From Alphaproteobacteria bacterium (GTDB taxonomy: Bacteria; Pseudomonadota; Alphaproteobacteria; Bin95), in the NCBI GenBank assembly GCA_963665325.3, contig CAXXWS020000003.1, forward strand, positions 960,001 through 1,024,000: 64,000 nt of DNA. Direction: 5' to 3'. Shown piece after piece: positions 33,341 through 43,679 of the stretch. Made by a program: the position numbers and the translations under genes. Position 1 is the stretch's first letter. Each line of letters begins with the position of its first letter. The notes beneath the pieces are model-generated. The model searched no databases. It had not been told where the DNA came from and worked only from the letters and a program-made list of their open reading frames with translations.

Positions 33341-34762
33341 TCAGGCCGTGCCGAGCGGCAATGCCACGAACCGGTCCCGGTTCTCCCGCCTGAGGAGCAT
33401 GACGACCGCCTTGCGGCCGGCGGTCTTGAGCTCGGCGACGATCCCGTCCACGTCGGCGGGCGTCTCGACGGCGCGCCGGTCCACCGACAGCAGCACATCG
33501 CCCTTCTTCACGCCCTTGCGGGCCGCGGGGCTGCCCGGCGCGACATCCGCGACCACAACCTTGCCGTCCGCCTTGCCGAGATCGAGCCCGGCGAAACCGC
33601 CGGCCGGGGCGGCGGCCTCGGCGGTCCGGTCGCTTGCAGGCATGGCGGCAAGCGTCACCTCGGCGCTCGCTTCCGCGCCGTCCCGCCAGAACCCGAGCGC
33701 CACGGTCTCGCCCGGGTCCCGCTCGGCGATCATGCGCGGCAGGCGGCGCATCTCGCCGATGCGCTTGCCGTCCACCTCCAGGATCACATCGCCGGGCTGG
33801 ATGCCCGCGCCCGCCGCCGGCCCGGAGGGATCGACCGATGCCACCAGCGCGCCTTCGGCCTTGTCGAGGCCGAGGCCGGCCGCAAGGTCGTCGCCGACAT
33901 GCTGGATGTGCACGCCGAGGCGCCCGCGCTCGACCGCGCCGCTTGCCTTCAGCTCCGCCACGATATCGCCTGCCAGCTCTGCCGGAACGGCGAAGCCGAT
34001 GCCGACGCTGCCGCCATTCGGCGAGAAGATCGCCGTGTTCACGCCGATGACCTCACCCTGGAGGTTGAAGGTCGGGCCGCCGGAATTGCCGCGGTTGATC
34101 GGGGCGGAAATCTGGAGGAAGTCGTCATAAGGACCGGCTCCGATCTGGCGCCCGCGCGCCGAGACGATACCGGCCGTGGCGGAATGGCCGAGGCCGAAGG
34201 GGTTGCCGACAGCCACGACCCAGTCGCCGACCCGCACTTGCCCGGAGTCCGCGAATGCGACATGCGGCAGCGCCTCCTCCGCCTCGACCTTCAGGAGCGC
34301 GAGGTCGGTTTTCGGGTCCGCGCCGACCAGGCGGGCGGGCAGCTTCCGCTTGTCATGGAAGGTGACGGCGATCTCCTTCGCGCCCGCCACGACATGGTGG
34401 TTGGTGACGATGTGGCCGTCAGCCGAGATGACGAAGCCGGAGCCCACGCCCGTTGCCGGCTGCCACTCGCGCCATTTCTCCGGCCAGGGCGCGCGGTCGC
34501 CGAAGAAGCGGCGCATGAACTCCTGCGGGCCCGCAGGCATGGCCGCCTTGACGCTCTTTTCGACGCGGATGTTCACCACGGCGGGCGTCACCCTCTCGAT
34601 GGTCCCGGCAAGGCTCGGCAGCGCGGCGGCTGCGGCATCGGGTGGCCCGGAGCTCTGGAGCGCACCCACATGGTAGGCGCCGCCGGCCGCAAGCGCGCCG
34701 CCGAGCAGGATCGCGGCGAGCGCGCGCCGGGCCGGCGGACGAACGAACAGTCTGGTTTGCAT
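33341..34762 (-). CDS. DegP/HtrA (Do) serine endoprotease with two PDZ domains
   Basis: TNHHV, DLALLK, INRGNSGGP. Confidence 0.93.
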   Translation of the reverse strand: MQTRLFVRPPARRALAAILLGGALAAGGAYHVGALQSSGPPDAAAAALPSLAGTIERVTPAVVNIRVEKSVKAAMPAGPQEFMRRFFGDRAPWPEKWREWQPATGVGSGFVISADGHIVTNHHVVAGAKEIAVTFHDKRKLPARLVGADPKTDLALLKVEAEEALPHVAFADSGQVRVGDWVVAVGNPFGLGHSATAGIVSARGRQIGAGPYDDFLQISAPINRGNSGGPTFNLQGEVIGVNTAIFSPNGGSVGIGFAVPAELAGDIVAELKASGAVERGRLGVHIQHVGDDLAAGLGLDKAEGALVASVDPSGPAAGAGIQPGDVILEVDGKRIGEMRRLPRMIAERDPGETVALGFWRDGAEASAEVTLAAMPASDRTAEAAAPAGGFAGLDLGKADGKVVVADVAPGSPAARKGVKKGDVLLSVDRRAVETPADVDGIVAELKTAGRKAVVMLLRRENRDRFVALPLGTA

Positions 34763-34848
34763 GAAGTCTTCCCTTCTGCTGACGGTGCGGCGCAAGCCGC
34801 GTTCCGCAGAAGATAGGGGGCCCGCCTTACCGGGACCTTGCCGCCGCC

Positions 34849-35829
34849 TTACGATCCGGCAAGGAAACGGGCCAGCAGGCGCCGGGCGGCCGCGGCCGGC
34901 GCGGCGCGGCCGGCTTCCACTTCATGCTCCAGCTTTTCCGCAAGTTCGCGCAGACCCTCATCGCGCCGGACGGCCGACAGTGCGCCCTCGGAAACCTCAT
35001 TCCACATCCACGCCCTGGCCTGCCGGGTCCGGCGTTCCTCGAGCCCGCTGCCCAGCGCCTCGCGGAAGGCTGCGACCGCCTCCCAGGCCTCCGCGATCCC
35101 CTCCCCGGTCAGCGCCGAGCAGGTTTGCACCCGCGCTGTCCAGCCGGGCACGGCTGGGCGCAACAGATGCATCGCCGCGTCATAGTCGGCCGCCGTCCGC
35201 CGCGCCTGCGCGGCAAGATCGCCGTCGGCCTTGTTGACCAGCACCATGTCGGCAAGCTCGACAATGCCGCGCTTGATGCCCTGCAGCTCGTCGCCGCCGG
35301 CCGGCAGCAGCAGCAGCAGGAACATGTCCACCATGTCGGCAACGGCCGTTTCCGACTGGCCGACACCGACCGTCTCCACCAGCACCACGTCGAACCCGGC
35401 AGCCTCGCACGCCAGCATCGCCTCTCGCGTGCGCCGTGCTACGCCGCCTAGCGTCTCGCCGGCCGGCGAGGGACGGATGAAGGCGGCAGCGTCACGCGCG
35501 AGCGCCTCCATGCGCGTCTTGTCCCCGAGGATGGAGCCGCCCGAGCGCTTCGAGCTCGGATCGACCGCAAGCACGGCGACACGGTGCCCTGCGTCGATGA
35601 CATGCCGACCGAACGACTCGATGAAGGTCGATTTGCCGACCCCCGGCGCACCGCTGATGCCGAGCCGCACCGAGCGACCGGCTTCCGGCAGCAGCATCTC
35701 CAGAAGCGCATCGGCCCGGCCCCGATGGTCGGGACGCGAGGACTCGATCAGCGTGATCGCGCGCGCCAGCGCCCGGCGTTCACCCGACAGCACGGCCGCC
35801 GCAAGGCGGGGAGGGTCGTTCTCCTCCAT
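34849..35829 (-). CDS. meaB: Methylmalonyl-CoA mutase-associated GTPase
   Basis: GAPGVGKST, AVDPSS, GDKTRM, ETVGVGQSE, NKAD. Confidence 0.95.
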   Translation of the reverse strand: MEENDPPRLAAAVLSGERRALARAITLIESSRPDHRGRADALLEMLLPEAGRSVRLGISGAPGVGKSTFIESFGRHVIDAGHRVAVLAVDPSSKRSGGSILGDKTRMEALARDAAAFIRPSPAGETLGGVARRTREAMLACEAAGFDVVLVETVGVGQSETAVADMVDMFLLLLLPAGGDELQGIKRGIVELADMVLVNKADGDLAAQARRTAADYDAAMHLLRPAVPGWTARVQTCSALTGEGIAEAWEAVAAFREALGSGLEERRTRQARAWMWNEVSEGALSAVRRDEGLRELAEKLEHEVEAGRAAPAAAARRLLARFLAGS

Positions 35830-35852
35830 GCGTCCCGCAGCCGCAGCGCCGC

Positions 35853-38003
<2,151 letters not shown>

Positions 38004-38082
38004 GGCAGCCTCTCCGTTCCGTCCGGCGGGGAGGCCATTTTACAGCGACTCGGCGGCAGGGCGGGAGTCCGCCTGTCCGGCC

Positions 38083-38373
38083 TCAGTCCGCCCCTTCGAC
38101 CGCAACGAATTCGCCGATGCCGGCATGCTCCCTGAGCGCCTTGATCTCGGTGTATTCCGGCGAGTTGTAGAACTCCTTCGCCCGTTCCATCGAGGGGAAC
38201 TCGATGATGACCATCCGGTCCTTGAATTCGGGGCCTTCGAGCGTCACGGCCTCGCCGCCCCGGGCGATGAAGCGTCCGCCGAAGGAAGCGACGCAATCGG
38301 GCGTGCGGGCGGCATAGCGCTTGTACCGCTCGGGATCGGTCACCTTCATGCGGACCACGATATAGGCGCTCAT
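38083..38373 (-). CDS. DUF1330 family protein
   Basis: GGRFIARGG..LEG, IIEFPS, YNSPEY. Confidence 0.88.
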   Translation of the reverse strand: MSAYIVVRMKVTDPERYKRYAARTPDCVASFGGRFIARGGEAVTLEGPEFKDRMVIIEFPSMERAKEFYNSPEYTEIKALREHAGIGEFVAVEGAD

Positions 38374-38434
38374 CGGGGGCTTCTCCTTCTTGCCGGCGGG
38401 TTTCGATTGCCGTCCACTCTACCGCAGCTCCGGT

Positions 38435-39001
38435 TCAGGGGACATGAGCCCGGGGCACCATGTCCGTGCCGGCTTCGCGGTCGGTGAGGGCCGGGTAACG
38501 GCGCGGGCGGAAGAGCTGGTAATGCCACCATTCGCGCATGTAGAAGTCCCAGCCGGCGGCGCTCATCAGGCCGAGGAGGAGCGCGCGGTTGCGCTGCGCT
38601 TCCGGGGAGACGGCCGCCGAGCCGTGGTGCGAGGCCGGCGTCAGGTCGTCGAAGCCTGTGCCCATGTCGAGCGGCGCGCCATCCCCGCCGGTCAGCGTCA
38701 GATCGACGGCGACGCCGCGCGTGTGGATGCCGCCCCGACGCGGGTCGCTGATGTATTCGGGGTCGGGGATGGCGCGCCAGAGCGCCCATTGCGCCTCCAG
38801 CGGCCGAAAGGCGTCGAAGAGCAGGAGACCCAGCCCCTGCGCCCGCGAGAGTTCCGCCGCCCGGACCAGCGCCGCTTCCGCCTCCGGCACGAGCCAGGCG
38901 GCCGGGCGGGCATAGATGGGCTTGCCTGCGACATTGTCCGCCCGTGCATAGGCGATGTCGAAGGCGACGCCGTGGCGCTCCGGCGATATCTCGACAAGCA
39001 T
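38435..39001 (-). CDS. ddpX: D-alanyl-D-alanine dipeptidase (M15D)
   Basis: DAFRP, HTRGVAVDLTL, DMGTGFDD, EWWHY. Confidence 0.92.
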   Translation of the reverse strand: MLVEISPERHGVAFDIAYARADNVAGKPIYARPAAWLVPEAEAALVRAAELSRAQGLGLLLFDAFRPLEAQWALWRAIPDPEYISDPRRGGIHTRGVAVDLTLTGGDGAPLDMGTGFDDLTPASHHGSAAVSPEAQRNRALLLGLMSAAGWDFYMREWWHYQLFRPRRYPALTDREAGTDMVPRAHVP

Positions 39002-39023
39002 GGCGACAGACTCTACCGGCGTC

Positions 39024-39497
39024 TCACCGGACCGCACCGGGTTCGAGGAAGATCAGGACGATCCCGGCCGCGATCATGGCGGCTCCGGCGAATTGCCGCC
39101 ACCCGAAGGCTTCGCCGAAGACTACCGCCGAAGCGATCGTTGCGATTGCGACGGTGCCCGCGACGATCACCGGAATCGCCACCCCGGCCCGCATGGGCCT
39201 GTCCAGGCCTATCCCGCCGAAGAGGTAGAAATATCCGATCTCCGCAACGCCGATGCATATGCCGGCCAGCACGGCCCAGAGATACGCCCGCGGCGCGAGC
39301 GAGAAGACGTGGCCGCCCTGCGCCGCCAGAAATCCCAGAAACAGGACCGAGGTCGAAAGAGCCGCCACTTGCAGGCAAACGGTTGCCAGCACGGTGGTCG
39401 TCGCGGTCGCCGGGACATGGCCTCCCGACAGCTTGATGAGAAGGTTGTAGCCCGCGTAGAGCAGCGTCACCGCAGCCAGAAGCATCGCAGCGACCAT
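39024..39497 (-). CDS. EamA/DMT-like small membrane protein
   Basis: About five hydrophobic helices, ending FGE.FGWRQFAGAAMIAAGIVLI. Confidence 0.7.
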   Translation of the reverse strand: MVAAMLLAAVTLLYAGYNLLIKLSGGHVPATATTTVLATVCLQVAALSTSVLFLGFLAAQGGHVFSLAPRAYLWAVLAGICIGVAEIGYFYLFGGIGLDRPMRAGVAIPVIVAGTVAIATIASAVVFGEAFGWRQFAGAAMIAAGIVLIFLEPGAVR

Positions 39498-39539
39498 GAG
39501 CGCTCTCCATCCGGTTTCTCTCAGGGCCAGCCGGATCGT

Positions 39540-39728
39540 TCAGGCGGCCCTGCTCCTGCCGTAGCTGTCCATCGCGGCCAGTACCTCGTCCAGCGACCGG
39601 CGGGCGCCGGTCTGCAGATATTCCATCGCCCGCAATGCAGCTTCATGCGCCTCCGGGCCGGACCCCGCAACGCAATCCTCGATCACGCGGCAGAAATAGT
39701 CGCCCTGATGGCCGTCGACGAAGGTGTG
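39540..39728 (-). pseudogene. 3' remnant of a cysteine hydrolase (isochorismatase family) gene
   Basis: Minus frame reads HTFVDGHQGDYFCRVIEDCVAGSGPEAHEAALRAMEYLQTGARRSLDEV...stop; an in-frame TAG lies a few codons upstream and there is no start codon. Confidence 0.7.
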
Positions 39729-40050
39729 CCTGACGAACTCGATCTAATTCGCTTGTAGGCATTGTTGGGGCGCTTGCGTTTCCTCGTAGGAAAGGACAGT
39801 ATAGCAACAAGTTGGGGGAACGGCAAGGTCGAAAGGCAAGGGAACTATCTTGTATGAATGGCGAGCCTGTGTTCCACCAATTTGCATCGTGGGGCGCTTC
39901 GATGGCATATAATACGGTGAATGGAGGAAATGGCGGGGTTCCAGCAGTTGTCGATTGCTTGCTGTAGTAGTGCTCATATGAATGAACCATGGGTTTTGAC
40001 TATATGAAACTGTATATAACCGGACCGGGGCGCGGCTCACGGAGGGACCG

Positions 40051-40362
40051 ATGCAGGGTGGCGGCACTGTCGAAAAGCGCAAGGGGCGCTGCATCATGGC
40101 GACCGACACGGAATGGCGGCGCATCACCGAGCGCGCCGGCAAGGCCGGACTGCCGATCTCGCGCTTTGCGGTGCAGCGCCTGCTCGAACCGGCCGGCGGG
40201 ACGGCCGCGCCGCCGAGCCTGCCGCGGCAGGTAGCGCGGGACCTCCGGGTGCTGGTCGCGATCGAGGAGCGGCGCTTCCGCGCGGACAATGCCGGGACGG
40301 ACTGGGAGGAGCTGGTCGCCGGGGCGGAGGCGGAACTGGACGGCGAGGAGGCGATGGGGTGA
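40051..40362 (+). CDS. Ribbon-helix-helix (MobC/NikA-like) protein 1
   Basis: RCIMATDTEWRRITERAGKAGLPISRF; start uncertain. Confidence 0.65.
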   Translation: MQGGGTVEKRKGRCIMATDTEWRRITERAGKAGLPISRFAVQRLLEPAGGTAAPPSLPRQVARDLRVLVAIEERRFRADNAGTDWEELVAGAEAELDGEEAMG

Positions 40363-40691
40363 GGCGCCATCACCAGCATTGCGTGTCCTGCACGGACAGC
40401 GAGTGGCGGGCGATCAAGTCGCGGGCGGAAGAGGCGGGCATGAGCCTCTCGCAGTTCGTCGTCGGCTGCGCGCTGGGCGATGATGAAACGGTCACGCCGC
40501 TTGTGCTGACGGAGGAGGAGCAGCGCCGTCTCTACAGCCGGGTGAACCGGTTGCTGCTGGCCTGCCTCGACCTGACGGCGCCGCTGCCAGGAACGGCGGT
40601 GACGCTCAGGGAGGCGGTGGAGTTCCTGTGGCGGGCAGGCGGTGGGCCGGACCAGGCCGGGCTGCGCGAGCCTGGAGGGGAAGCGGGATGA
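40359..40691 (+). CDS. Ribbon-helix-helix (MobC/NikA-like) protein 2
   Basis: CVSCTDSEWRAIKSRAEEAGMSLSQFV; GTGA overlap. Confidence 0.7.
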   Translation: MRRHHQHCVSCTDSEWRAIKSRAEEAGMSLSQFVVGCALGDDETVTPLVLTEEEQRRLYSRVNRLLLACLDLTAPLPGTAVTLREAVEFLWRAGGGPDQAGLREPGGEAG

Positions 40692-41119
40692 GGCCGCCAC
40701 GGGAGAGGGTGAGGAACCGCTCGATCTCGTGCAGCCGGCTGGACTGGCTGCGGATCGGGGAGCGGGCCGGCGAGGCGGGCCAGCCGATATCCCGCTATGT
40801 CGTAGCGCGGGCATTGTCGGGGACGCCGGCGCCGAAGCCTTCGGCGGCGCAGCCGCTGGTGCTGGACGCGGAGGAGCAGCGCCGGCTTCTGGACGGCGTG
40901 CTGCGCATGGCGGACCTGCTGTCGGGCGCCATGGCCCCGGAGGGTGAGGACAGGCCCGGTCTGCCGGGGGCGGTCGGGGCGCTGTTCGCGGCGAAGCTCG
41001 ACGAGATGGCGCGCACGGGCCGCTACGCCGAGATGAGGGCGCTTCTGGACCGGGTTCTGGGGGAGGAGCGCGCCGAGGGCATTGCGGACGATGTCTATGC
41101 GCGCGCCCGGCGGCGATGA
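40688..41119 (+). CDS. Ribbon-helix-helix (MobC/NikA-like) protein 3
   Basis: RSISCSRLDWLRIGERAGEAGQPISRYV; ATGA overlap. Confidence 0.7.
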   Translation: MRPPRERVRNRSISCSRLDWLRIGERAGEAGQPISRYVVARALSGTPAPKPSAAQPLVLDAEEQRRLLDGVLRMADLLSGAMAPEGEDRPGLPGAVGALFAAKLDEMARTGRYAEMRALLDRVLGEERAEGIADDVYARARRR

Positions 41120-41136
41120 AGGCCGCTGCTGCCGAT

Positions 41137-41382
41137 CTTGTGATAAGCTTATGTCACAGACTGTGATATTCTTGTGATATCCGAACGAGTTGGCCGCCGA
41201 AATCTTTTTGTGGCTTTCTTGTGTTAATTGTGATATTCTTATGATACAGCTTGGGCCGAATTCTCTTGTGATAAAATTATGCTTCTTGTTCTATTTTTAT
41301 GATGCTAACCATTGTGGGCCGCCAGCGCCCCAATGGGGCGGTGGCGTGCCGGAGGGGCAGCATATCATAAGAACATCATAAG
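41137..41382. repeat. AT-rich array of YTTRTGATR-like motifs (candidate protein-binding array, oriT-like)
   Basis: TGTGATA/TATGATR copies near 41139, 41162, 41173, 41229, 41240, 41267 and 41298; inverted copies at 41363 and 41374. Confidence 0.65.
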
Positions 41383-41456
41383 ATTTCGTCAGACCATTTC
41401 CGCTTCTCATCGCATTTCGGTGCGTGGCGATGAAGGCCCGGGGAGGCTGAGCCGGC

Positions 41457-42236
41457 ATGATCGGGAAGCGTGCGCGAGGCTTCTACTGCACGCGGGAAGA
41501 GCGGTCTGCGATCGGGGCGCGGGCAGCCGCGGCGGGGCTGTCCGTCTCCCGCCTGGTGCTCGACCTCGTGCATGACGACATTGCCGACGGCCCCGATTCG
41601 GGGCTCACGGCGGAGGAGATGGTGGAACTGCTCGACGGCCTCCGGGTGCTTGCGGCGTATGTGCGGGGCCTGCGCGACAGGACGGCGGAGGACGGCGCTC
41701 CCCGGACCGTTCCCGGAAGCGACGGGAGGCATCATGGGGATGTCGGGGATCGCGCCTGCGGAACGCCGGCGGACCGGGTGCGCCTGTCGGTCTCGGCGAC
41801 GGACGGAGAGTGGGCGGCTGTCCATGAGCGGGCGCGGCAGGGCGGTCTGTCTATCTCGCGCTATCTCGGTGGCCTCCTGTTGCCGGACGCCGCTGTCGAG
41901 GGTCCGCTGCCGGCGCTCAGCGGCGTGGAGCAGCGCGAAGTGCTGGAGGCGGTGCGGCACATGCGTTTGCTGCTTTCCGAAGCGGAAGCGCCCGGCGCCG
42001 GTTCGACCGGAATGCCGGACCGGTTTTCGGCTTCGCTCGATGCCGGAGGGTCTGTGCTCGACGAAGACGGCCGGGAGGAAAGGTCCGGCGCTCGACCTTC
42101 CGCCAGCCCTGACGGCGGGCATGTCGAAACAGGCGATGCCGGACCCCGTTCGCCGCCGCTCGCAGCCGAGAGTTCGAAACCGGCGGAAACGGCCGAGACC
42201 GATCCGGACCCGTCCGACCAGGGCGCCCTGTTCTGA
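41457..42236 (+). CDS. Protein with two tandem RHH (MobC-like) domains
   Basis: GFYCTREERSAIGARAAAAGLSVSRLV and LSVSATDGEWAAVHERARQGGLSISRYL. Confidence 0.7.
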   Translation: MIGKRARGFYCTREERSAIGARAAAAGLSVSRLVLDLVHDDIADGPDSGLTAEEMVELLDGLRVLAAYVRGLRDRTAEDGAPRTVPGSDGRHHGDVGDRACGTPADRVRLSVSATDGEWAAVHERARQGGLSISRYLGGLLLPDAAVEGPLPALSGVEQREVLEAVRHMRLLLSEAEAPGAGSTGMPDRFSASLDAGGSVLDEDGREERSGARPSASPDGGHVETGDAGPRSPPLAAESSKPAETAETDPDPSDQGALF

Positions 42237-42326
42237 ACCGGAGCGTCGGCTCGATTGCCCTCTCGCGGTTCGGCGGTCCGCCGACTTTCGGGCTCGCCGG
42301 AACGCTGCGGTCGTCTTTGCCCGGGT

Positions 42327-43664
42327 TCACTCAACCGGCGCCGGCACTTTCTCTTCGCGAAAGATGCAGGGAAACGGGTCATCCGCCGGAACCTGCAACG
42401 ACCCGGATCGAAGACAGAACGGCAATGCCCATAGCCGCAGCCCCTCCGCCCCTGAAAACAGGAACGGCGGCAGGGGCCGGTCGAACGCGTCCGTTTTCGG
42501 ATAGACCAGGGCCATGTCACCCCGCCCCCCGTCGAGATAGTTCAGGCCGTAGGCCAGCATCTGGTAGAAGTCGCGCTCCGACAGGCCGTATTTCTGCCTG
42601 GGGTCGTCGAGCCGGGCGTCCAGAAGCTTCCATTTCGTATCCAGAACCAGCCGGTTGCGATTGCCCTCGCGCACCAGAATGTCCGGGACGAGCCGGAACC
42701 AGTCCCGTTCGCGATGGCGCACCAGATGGCGGCCCCGGGACTGCGTCCTGACGTACCGCGGCCGGATGACCTGCCGCAACAGGCGTGCAGCTACGAACGC
42801 CTCGAACAGGGCTTCCATCGGGAACAACAGCGAGGGAGCCGGATGCGAACCGGCGCCGGTCAGGGGCGACAGACCGCCAAGGATCAGGCGGGCCCAGCCG
42901 AGCGCATCGCCATAGTGGGTCATCGTGCGGTCGGGTCTCAAGCGCCGGAAGTCGCCCGCCGGGGCCTGGGACAGAGGAACATCCGCAAACACCGAGCCGA
43001 GTTCTCGAGCCGACCGCTGGTTGGCCGGTAAGCCGGACAGCGCCAGCACCCGGCGCAATGCCGTATGCACAAGCCGGTTCTCCGGCCGGTCTGCCGAGAA
43101 CTCGTCGTGCTCCGTGAAGAAGCGGTCCATGCGAAACATGTTCCGCCGCAGATGCGGCCCCGTCAGCAGCTTGCCGCGCAAGGCCGCAACGTCGTCCTGA
43201 AGGTCGATGTAGTCGCTGCGCAGTCCGTGCTTGACGATGCGCTCGACCGCCCGGAGAAACTCCGAGACGAAGATATCCGGCAAGGGCATGCGCGCGGCCA
43301 GCAGCCTGGCCCTGTCCGTCACGATATGGCGAAAGCCCGGCAGGCACCGGAGCATGTCGATCAGCAATTGCCTTGCCTCTCCGTGTCCTCCGGCGATGAC
43401 CTTGCCGACCTTGGGCAGCACCTCGATCTGGAAACCGTCCGGCGCCTGCACCACGCCGGCGAAACTCGTGACCCGCACGGCTGGACGGCCCCGGTGGCCG
43501 GTCAGGCGGAGCCAGGCGGCTTCGTCTCTGTCCGCGAGAGCCGCGCACTGTCCTTCGAGCCACCGGTACACGCCGGCAGGGACGCTGCGCACAGTCCCGG
43601 TCTCCGGCAAGTCGGGCGGCCCGGCGCACAGCGTATCGAACTCATGGATCGTTATGCCCTTCAT
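42327..43664 (-). CDS. mcrC: McrC-family restriction endonuclease subunit
   Basis: IEVLPK, DRPENRL, FPMEALFEAFV, PDI..LDTKWK, DFYQMLAY. Confidence 0.92.
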   Translation of the reverse strand: MKGITIHEFDTLCAGPPDLPETGTVRSVPAGVYRWLEGQCAALADRDEAAWLRLTGHRGRPAVRVTSFAGVVQAPDGFQIEVLPKVGKVIAGGHGEARQLLIDMLRCLPGFRHIVTDRARLLAARMPLPDIFVSEFLRAVERIVKHGLRSDYIDLQDDVAALRGKLLTGPHLRRNMFRMDRFFTEHDEFSADRPENRLVHTALRRVLALSGLPANQRSARELGSVFADVPLSQAPAGDFRRLRPDRTMTHYGDALGWARLILGGLSPLTGAGSHPAPSLLFPMEALFEAFVAARLLRQVIRPRYVRTQSRGRHLVRHRERDWFRLVPDILVREGNRNRLVLDTKWKLLDARLDDPRQKYGLSERDFYQMLAYGLNYLDGGRGDMALVYPKTDAFDRPLPPFLFSGAEGLRLWALPFCLRSGSLQVPADDPFPCIFREEKVPAPVE

Positions 43665-43679
43665 GCCGGGGACCGCAAG

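Noticed and set aside
41137-41382. CRISPR array
   Set aside because: The repeats are only 7-10 bp, with no regular spacers and no cas genes.
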